From an uncultured Bacteroidales bacterium (GTDB lineage: Bacteria > Bacteroidota > Bacteroidia > Bacteroidales > B18-G4): a stretch of DNA of 64,000 bases. Each line of letters begins with the position of its first letter. Within the stretch, counting starts at the first letter, position 1. Shown piece by piece: positions 58,237 to 64,000 of this stretch. A program made the position numbers and the translations under genes. Below the pieces are notes generated by a model. It saw only the letters and a program-made list of their open reading frames with translations, ran no database searches and had not been told where the DNA came from. The stretch is taken from the NCBI GenBank assembly GCA_964531985.1, contig CAZHFC010000001.1, positions 124,871 to 188,870 on the forward strand, written 5' to 3'.

Positions 58237-59253
58237 ATGCAAAATATTGACTGGGCAAGTTTGCCATTCGGGTATTTTAAGACGGAATACAACGTAAGGT
58301 GTTATCATCGTTACGGAGAATGGGGAGAGATGGAGATCTCATCCTCCGAAATTATCAACATCCATATGGCGGCTACCTGTCTTCATTACGGGCAGGAAGC
58401 TTTTGAGGGCATGAAAGCATTCAGGGGCGTTGACGAGAAGATCAGGGTTTTCAGGTGGGAGGAAAATGCCCGGAGGATGCGGCGTTCCGCCGAAGGCGTT
58501 ATGATGGCCGAAGTGCCGGAGGAATTGTTTTATGAGATGATGGTTAAGGTGATAAAGCTTAATGAGAAGTTTATTCCTCCTCATGGCACCGGTTCTGCCC
58601 TATACCTGCGTCCTTTGCTCATCGGTACGGGGCCGCAGGTTGGTGTGAAACCTGCGGAGGAATACCTGTTCATGATCTTTGTTGGCCCGGTGGGCCCTTA
58701 TTTTAAGGAAGGTTTCAAACCTGTGAGGATGCAGATCGTTAAGGATTATGACCGTTGTGCGCCGCTGGGCACGGGACACATCAAGGTGGGCGGCAATTAT
58801 GCGGCCAGCCTCAAGCCTGCGGTGCGTGCCAAAGAGGAGGGTTTCGCTTCGGTGATCTTTCTCGAGGCCAAGGAAAAGAAATACATTGATGAGGCCGGCC
58901 CGGCCAACTTCTTTGGCGTGAAGGGAAATAAATATATCACCCCCGATTCCAGTTCCATCCTTCCCTCCATCACGAATATGAGCCTTCGTACGCTTGCAAA
59001 GGATATGGGGCTTGAGGTGGAAATGCGCCATGTTACCGTTGATGAACTTGCCGAATTCGATGAGGCAGGGGCATGCGGGACGGCCGCCATCATTTCACCG
59101 ATCCGTGAGATTGAAGACCGCGAAACCGGCAGGAAGTTTACCTATGGTACCGGTGATGCCGGACCTGTTTCTACAGCCCTGTACAATAAATTACGTGCGA
59201 TCCAGTATGGTGAGACTCCCGACCCCTACGGCTGGACTCACATCATTGAATAA
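58237..59253 (+). CDS. ilvE: branched-chain amino acid aminotransferase
   Basis: Class IV aminotransferase pattern: LHYGQEAFEGMKAFR, LYLRPLLIG, GGNYAASL and GACGTAAIISPI. Confidence 0.9.
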   Translation: MQNIDWASLPFGYFKTEYNVRCYHRYGEWGEMEISSSEIINIHMAATCLHYGQEAFEGMKAFRGVDEKIRVFRWEENARRMRRSAEGVMMAEVPEELFYEMMVKVIKLNEKFIPPHGTGSALYLRPLLIGTGPQVGVKPAEEYLFMIFVGPVGPYFKEGFKPVRMQIVKDYDRCAPLGTGHIKVGGNYAASLKPAVRAKEEGFASVIFLEAKEKKYIDEAGPANFFGVKGNKYITPDSSSILPSITNMSLRTLAKDMGLEVEMRHVTVDELAEFDEAGACGTAAIISPIREIEDRETGRKFTYGTGDAGPVSTALYNKLRAIQYGETPDPYGWTHIIE

Positions 59254-59265
59254 CGGCCAGGTATT

Positions 59266-60093
59266 TTACCGGCAGATACCGGCTTCTTCGAGGATCTTTT
59301 GCATTTGCTGTTGCACTGTTTCGGCGGCACTTCGTGCATGTTCTGCAAATTCCTTGCCCCGGCCTGCATAGATGATATTCCTTGATGAATTTACCAGAAG
59401 CCCGCACGCATCGTTGAGCCCGTACCTGGCCACTTCCTCCAGGCTGCCGCCCTGGGCCCCTACGCCCGGCACAAGCAGGAAGTGATGCGGGATGATCTTT
59501 CTGATTCCCGCCAGCATTTCCGCTTTCGTGGCACCGAATACAAACATCAGATTATCTTCGTTTCCCCAGCCGCGCGCCGTTTCCACAACCCTTTCATACA
59601 GAGGAGTGCCGCCTGCATCACTGAACATCTGGAAATCATCCGATCCACTGTTCGATGTAAGGGCCAGCAATATGGTCCATTTCCCGGAAATGTCGAGAAA
59701 GGGCTTGACAGAATCATTCCCCATGTAGGGAGCCACCGTGATGGCGTCGAAACCGAGTTCTTCCAGGAAAGCACGGGCATAACGGCCTGACGTATTCCCA
59801 ATGTCGCCGCGCTTGGCATCGGCAATCGTGAACACTTCCCTGGTTTTCAGGTAGGCGGCGGTTTTTTCGAGGCTTTTCCATCCGCGCTGGCCATAGGCTT
59901 CGTAAAAGGCAATGTTGGGCTTGTAGGCAACAGCAAGGTGGTGGGTAGCATCAATAATGGCTTTGTTGAAGGCAAAAACGGGGTCGCTTTCGTCAAGCAG
60001 GTGCCCGGGTACTTTGTCCAGGTCGGTGTCGAGGCCTATGCAAAGGAAGGATTTCTTTCTTTTGATGAGGTTGATTAACTCCAGGCGTGTCAT
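59266..60093 (-). CDS. pyrF: orotidine-5-prime-phosphate decarboxylase (type 2)
   Basis: [17 protein letters not shown]-like ([12 protein letters not shown]), [12 protein letters not shown] and [11 protein letters not shown]. Confidence 0.9.
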   Translation of the reverse strand: MTRLELINLIKRKKSFLCIGLDTDLDKVPGHLLDESDPVFAFNKAIIDATHHLAVAYKPNIAFYEAYGQRGWKSLEKTAAYLKTREVFTIADAKRGDIGNTSGRYARAFLEELGFDAITVAPYMGNDSVKPFLDISGKWTILLALTSNSGSDDFQMFSDAGGTPLYERVVETARGWGNEDNLMFVFGATKAEMLAGIRKIIPHHFLLVPGVGAQGGSLEEVARYGLNDACGLLVNSSRNIIYAGRGKEFAEHARSAAETVQQQMQKILEEAGICR

Positions 60094-60124
60094 CTTTTTC
60101 GGTTGATAAGGTTATTGCGATTAT

Positions 60125-61222
60125 CTATTTTTCCAGTTCCTGTTTCAGCCGTTCGGCATTTTCTGCCAGTTGCAGTTTATCGATCAGCTCCTGTATGTTC
60201 CCGTTTATGATCTCCTGCAGGTTATACATGGTAAGGTTGATGCGGTGGTCGGTGACCCTTCCCTGCGGCCAGTTGTAGGTGCGGATCTTGGCCGACCTGT
60301 CGCCCGTGCTGACCATGGTTTTCCGCTTTGAGGCAATTCCGTCGAGGTATTTCTTATATTCCCTTTCATAAAGCCTCGTACGTAATACCACGAGGGCTTT
60401 TTCATAATTCTTGATCTGCGATTTCTGGTCCTGGCAGGTAACAACGATATTGGTAGGTATATGCGTAAGCCTGACGGCTGAATAGGTGGTGTTGACCGAT
60501 TGACCACCGGGGCCGGATGAGCAGTAGGTATCCTTGCGGATGTCTTCGTTCTTCAGCTCAATGTCGAATTCATCCGCCTCGGGCAGGATCACAACAGATG
60601 CAGCCGAGGTGTGCACACGTCCCTGTGTTTCTGTTTTTGGTACGCGCTGTACGCGATGTACGCCCGATTCGTATTTCATCTGTCCGTATACCTGCTCGCC
60701 GCTCACATTGAATATGATCTCCTTGAAGCCACCCGCCGTGCCTTCTGTCATGCTCACCTGCTCGATCTTCCAGCCTTTGATCTCGCAGAATTTGGTATAC
60801 ATCCGGTACAGGTCCCCCGCAAAGATGCTGGCCTCATCACCGCCGGTGCCCGCCCTGATCTCAATAAGGGCGTTCTTTTCGTCCTGAGGGTCTTTTGGGA
60901 TGAGCATATAACGGATATCTTCTTCGAGTTGTTCTTTTTTTTCGGTAAGTTCGGCGAGTTCCTGCTTTGCAAGTTCGCGGAATTCTTCGTCCTTTTCCGT
61001 TTTAAGCACCTTCCTGGCCGAATCAAGATTGGCCGTGATGTTTTTGTATAACAGATAAGCATCGACGATGGGCTGCAGGTCTTTGTAATCCTTGTTCAGC
61101 TTGATGAACCTGTTCATATCGGACATCACGGCCGGATCGTTCATCTTTTCTTCCATCTGCAGCCAGCGATTGTATATGCCTTCCAGTTTTTCGATCATTG
61201 AAGCAAAGTTTTCGGTGTGCAA
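60125..61222 (-). CDS. prfA: peptide chain release factor 1
   Basis: GGQ motif ([11 protein letters not shown]). The RF1-type tripeptide region reads [18 protein letters not shown]. No frameshift site of the prfB type is present. Confidence 0.95.
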   Translation of the reverse strand: MHTENFASMIEKLEGIYNRWLQMEEKMNDPAVMSDMNRFIKLNKDYKDLQPIVDAYLLYKNITANLDSARKVLKTEKDEEFRELAKQELAELTEKKEQLEEDIRYMLIPKDPQDEKNALIEIRAGTGGDEASIFAGDLYRMYTKFCEIKGWKIEQVSMTEGTAGGFKEIIFNVSGEQVYGQMKYESGVHRVQRVPKTETQGRVHTSAASVVILPEADEFDIELKNEDIRKDTYCSSGPGGQSVNTTYSAVRLTHIPTNIVVTCQDQKSQIKNYEKALVVLRTRLYEREYKKYLDGIASKRKTMVSTGDRSAKIRTYNWPQGRVTDHRINLTMYNLQEIINGNIQELIDKLQLAENAERLKQELEK

Positions 61223-61287
61223 AGGTAAGCATTAAAATGATTAGGGATGTCGCGGGCAATGCCGGGTATGGAAAGCAATTCCTGTTG

Positions 61288-62457
61288 CTACCAGTTGAAG
61301 GTGCCGGCAGGGCTGCTGATGGTCAGGCCGGCTTTACCGGCTTTTTCCACATGGCCAACGATCTTTGCATCAATGCCGAATGATTGGCTGATGGCTATCA
61401 CGTCCGGGGCAATGCTTTCGGGAAGATAGAGCTCGAAGCGGTGGCCCATGTTGAACACCTGGTACATCTCTCTCCAGGGGGTGCCTGATATTTCCCTGAT
61501 CATTTTGAACAGGGGCGGTAAAGGGAACAAATCGTCCTTGACAATATGCAGCTTATCGGTGAAATGAAGCACTTTTGTCTGCCCACCGCCGCTGCAGTGT
61601 ATCATCCCGTGGATACGGTTCCAATGCTCATGGAGTATCCCGGCAACCACGGGCGCATAAGTCCGGGTGGGCGACAAAACGAGGCTGCCGGCGTCAACGC
61701 CCGGCACTTCCGTCGGGTCTGTTACGTCCAGCGTGCCTGCATAGGTTATGTCGGAAGGGAGCGAGGGGTCGAAACTTTCCGGATATTTTTCTGCATATTC
61801 TTTTTTGAAGATGTCGTGCCGGGCCGAGGTTAGCCCATTGGACCCCATTCCGCCGTTATATTTTTTTTCATAGCTTGCCTGTCCGTATGAGGCAAGCCCG
61901 ACGATGACATCGCCCGGCTGTATCCTGTCGTTGCTGATGATCTCATCGCGCCTGGCGCGTGCCACCACGGTAGAGTCTACGATGACGGTCCTTACCAGGT
62001 CGCCGACATCGGCCGTTTCGCCGCCGCCCGGCCATATCCCGATGCCCATGTCGCGCAATTCAGCCAGGAAGTTTTCCGTACCTTCAATGATTGCCGCAAT
62101 GACCGTTCCCGGGATGAGGTTCTTGTTTCTCCCGATGGTCGATGATAACAGAATGTTGTTGGTGATGCCCGCACAAAGCAGATCGTCGAGGTTCATTACA
62201 ACAGCATCCCGGGCAATTCCTTCCCATACGGAAAGGTCGCCGGTCTCTTTCCAGTAGATATATGCAAGGGATGATTTTGTGCCGGCGCCGTCGGCATGTA
62301 TGATACAGCAATGTTCCCCGCTGCCGTGCATGAAGTCGGGGATTACTTTGCAGAAAGCCTTCGGGAAAAGCCCCTTGTCGATATTCCTGATGGCATGGTG
62401 TACATCTTCCTTGGAAGAGGAAACACCGCGTTTTTCATATCTCTGCCCAGCGTCCAA
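61288..62457 (-). CDS. purM: phosphoribosylformylglycinamidine cyclo-ligase (AIR synthase, long Bacteroidota form)
   Basis: HADGAGTKS, DAVVMNLDDLLCAG, GGETAD and GMIHCSGGG motifs of the PurM N- and C-domains. Confidence 0.85.
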   Translation of the reverse strand: MDAGQRYEKRGVSSSKEDVHHAIRNIDKGLFPKAFCKVIPDFMHGSGEHCCIIHADGAGTKSSLAYIYWKETGDLSVWEGIARDAVVMNLDDLLCAGITNNILLSSTIGRNKNLIPGTVIAAIIEGTENFLAELRDMGIGIWPGGGETADVGDLVRTVIVDSTVVARARRDEIISNDRIQPGDVIVGLASYGQASYEKKYNGGMGSNGLTSARHDIFKKEYAEKYPESFDPSLPSDITYAGTLDVTDPTEVPGVDAGSLVLSPTRTYAPVVAGILHEHWNRIHGMIHCSGGGQTKVLHFTDKLHIVKDDLFPLPPLFKMIREISGTPWREMYQVFNMGHRFELYLPESIAPDVIAISQSFGIDAKIVGHVEKAGKAGLTISSPAGTFNW

Positions 62458-62460
62458 GGA

Positions 62461-64000
62461 TTAGTTGTCTTTATATTCGAAAGTGATCTCCCTTTTTGCT
62501 TCATCAATGGAATAATTCCCGATCCTCTGAAGTGTTTGCCGGCCAAGGGTAATGGCATTTTGTTGCCGGTGGACCACGGTGAAAGGCACGTCCCTGATGG
62601 TTTTGGCGCCGATCCTGAGTTCGCCGATCACGAATATGCTGTTGTTCCTGATGGAGTTGTCGGCAAGTATCTGTTCAGGCTCGCCTTCAAAATCCTCCTT
62701 GCTGATGATCCCGTCGTTCAGCAACTGCAATGCCTTTTCCAGGGAAACCTGGGCCGGTGCCCGGTCCTCATAAATAAATTCGTCTTTATATCCATTGAGG
62801 ATGAGGGGAATGATATAGAGGCCTGTTTTATCCTGCGTTCGGAAATTCACTATATTCTCATCGGGATTGACCTGGATGACGACTGCACCCGGGTCTTCGC
62901 TGATCACGGTTTTCGGGATATAGTCCTTCCGCAGTACGCTGAATTCGGTCCGTCTGTTTAACTGATGGGCTGCTTCCCGGATCTCTTCCGAGGGAAGGGC
63001 TGCGATATAATCTTCGGTAAGCACATCACCTTTTTTGAATGTATATCCCTCCCGGGTGATATCTTTATTTATTTTTCTGGGAGCTCTCTCTCCGTATCCC
63101 TTGGCTACCAGTCGGTCGGGGTCAATACCCCGCAGGATGAGGTAGTCAACCACCGATTGCGCCCTGCGTTGCGACAGGATGTCGTTGCGTTCATAAGTGT
63201 CGCGCGCATCGGTATGGGCAGCCAGCTCAACCACGATCCTTGGGTTTTCATCCAGTGTTATGATCAGCCCCTGCAGAGAGTCTTCGTATTGCGGTTTCAG
63301 ATCCCATTTGGCCAGGTCATAGAGTATTTCGGGCAGGAGGATCGGTTCGTCAGGAATGGGTTGCAGGATAAAATCCTGAACAAAGTCCTTGCCTTTTTCA
63401 TGGCCAACGGTGGTGATCATGGCCGAGTTGTTGAAATAATTTATCTTGCTGACGATGATCTCGTAAGTTGTGTTCTGCATCACCTGCGACTTGCCGAAAA
63501 GGTAAACCCCCTTGTCGGTTGTCCTGGTCGTTACCGAGGTGCCATCCGACCCGTTGAGGCTGACAATGGCGTCGGAGACGAATTGCAGGGTGCGGTCGTC
63601 GGTTACCACCCCGGTGATCGTGAAGTCGACGGGTGGCACGTAGAAATAGAAAATGTCTTCAAGCCCCTTTCTTCCCCGGCGGTCGCTGGTAAAGAAGCCT
63701 TCGGGTTCTTCGGGGTGGAAGATGATCGCGAAATCATTGTATTCGGAATTCAGGGGAGGTTTAACGTTTTCAGGTTCGTTCCAGTTACCTTCTTCATCGA
63801 TGGAAGTAACAAAAATGTCGAGGCCGCCCATGCCCGGGTGCCCGTCGGAAGCAAAATACAGCACAGTGTCGGACCTCAGGAAGGGGAACATTTCATCGCC
63901 GGGTGTGTTGACGACAGGGCCAAGATTATATGGTCTGCCGAAAGGCTCCTCTTTGCTTTCGCGAACGGCCACCCAGATATCGTTGCCGCCAAAACCGCCT
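62461..64000 (-). CDS. OmpA-family protein with PD40/TolB-like repeats and an extra C-terminal domain (5-prime partial, runs off the window)
   Basis: PD40-like GDEMFPFLRSD...LYFASD. OmpA-like core AHTDARDTYERNDILSQRRAQSVVDYLILRGIDPDRLVAKGYGE...NRRTEF, followed by 120 further residues. The frame is still open at 64000. Confidence 0.8.
   Translation of the reverse strand, partial: GGFGGNDIWVAVRESKEEPFGRPYNLGPVVNTPGDEMFPFLRSDTVLYFASDGHPGMGGLDIFVTSIDEEGNWNEPENVKPPLNSEYNDFAIIFHPEEPEGFFTSDRRGRKGLEDIFYFYVPPVDFTITGVVTDDRTLQFVSDAIVSLNGSDGTSVTTRTTDKGVYLFGKSQVMQNTTYEIIVSKINYFNNSAMITTVGHEKGKDFVQDFILQPIPDEPILLPEILYDLAKWDLKPQYEDSLQGLIITLDENPRIVVELAAHTDARDTYERNDILSQRRAQSVVDYLILRGIDPDRLVAKGYGERAPRKINKDITREGYTFKKGDVLTEDYIAALPSEEIREAAHQLNRRTEFSVLRKDYIPKTVISEDPGAVVIQVNPDENIVNFRTQDKTGLYIIPLILNGYKDEFIYEDRAPAQVSLEKALQLLNDGIISKEDFEGEPEQILADNSIRNNSIFVIGELRIGAKTIRDVPFTVVHRQQNAITLGRQTLQRIGNYSIDEAKREITFEYKDN

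Noticed and set aside
1-64000. A whole-window look for CRISPR arrays, transposases/integrases, prophage blocks, toxin-antitoxin pairs, restriction-modification genes or other defence genes.
   Set aside because: No direct-repeat/spacer periodicity is visible. No ORF has recombinase, transposase, nuclease-helicase, methyltransferase or reverse-transcriptase motifs that I could recognise. All large ORFs are accounted for by housekeeping, envelope or respiratory functions.

Overview
This window reads as a gene-dense chromosomal segment of a Bacteroidota genome. The taxonomic call rests on T9SS type A and type B C-terminal sorting domains, FISUMP-domain paralogs, TAnnTTTG -7 boxes upstream of several genes, and the uppS-bamA-skp-skp and fur-purA gene orders. 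I call about 52 protein genes, one tRNA-Gln, one decayed pseudogene fragment, and a few intrinsic terminators and candidate promoters.

Most of the content is housekeeping: lepA, gap, rel/spoT, fur, purA, rimP-nusA-infB, lgt, dprA, rsgA, nadK, uppS, bamA, two skp/ompH, htpG, ilvE, pyrF, prfA and purM. I saw no CRISPR array, transposase, integrase, phage module or recognisable defence system.

The less ordinary parts are:
- About 3.2-12.7 kb: a block bracketed by an intact FISUMP gene and a FISUMP remnant. It holds a short ModE-like regulator, a Wtp/Mod-type molybdate/tungstate ABC transporter led by an unknown two-domain membrane protein, and a tight string of octaheme cytochrome c, cytochrome b, and a split YeeE/YedE channel whose second half is fused to a cysteine-less rhodanese domain.
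- 14.9-16.9 kb: a translationally coupled GAPDH pair in which the upstream copy has Ala in place of both active-site Cys residues.
- 45.4-48.7 kb: a stand-alone Tat-FeS / NrfD / monoheme cytochrome c module with no catalytic subunit gene beside it.
- 53.5-58.0 kb: a surface-protein operon (tail-fibre-like repeat protein, small outer-membrane barrel, T9SS-sorted lipase-like protein).

All functional calls come from motifs read by eye in the supplied translations. No database search was run.
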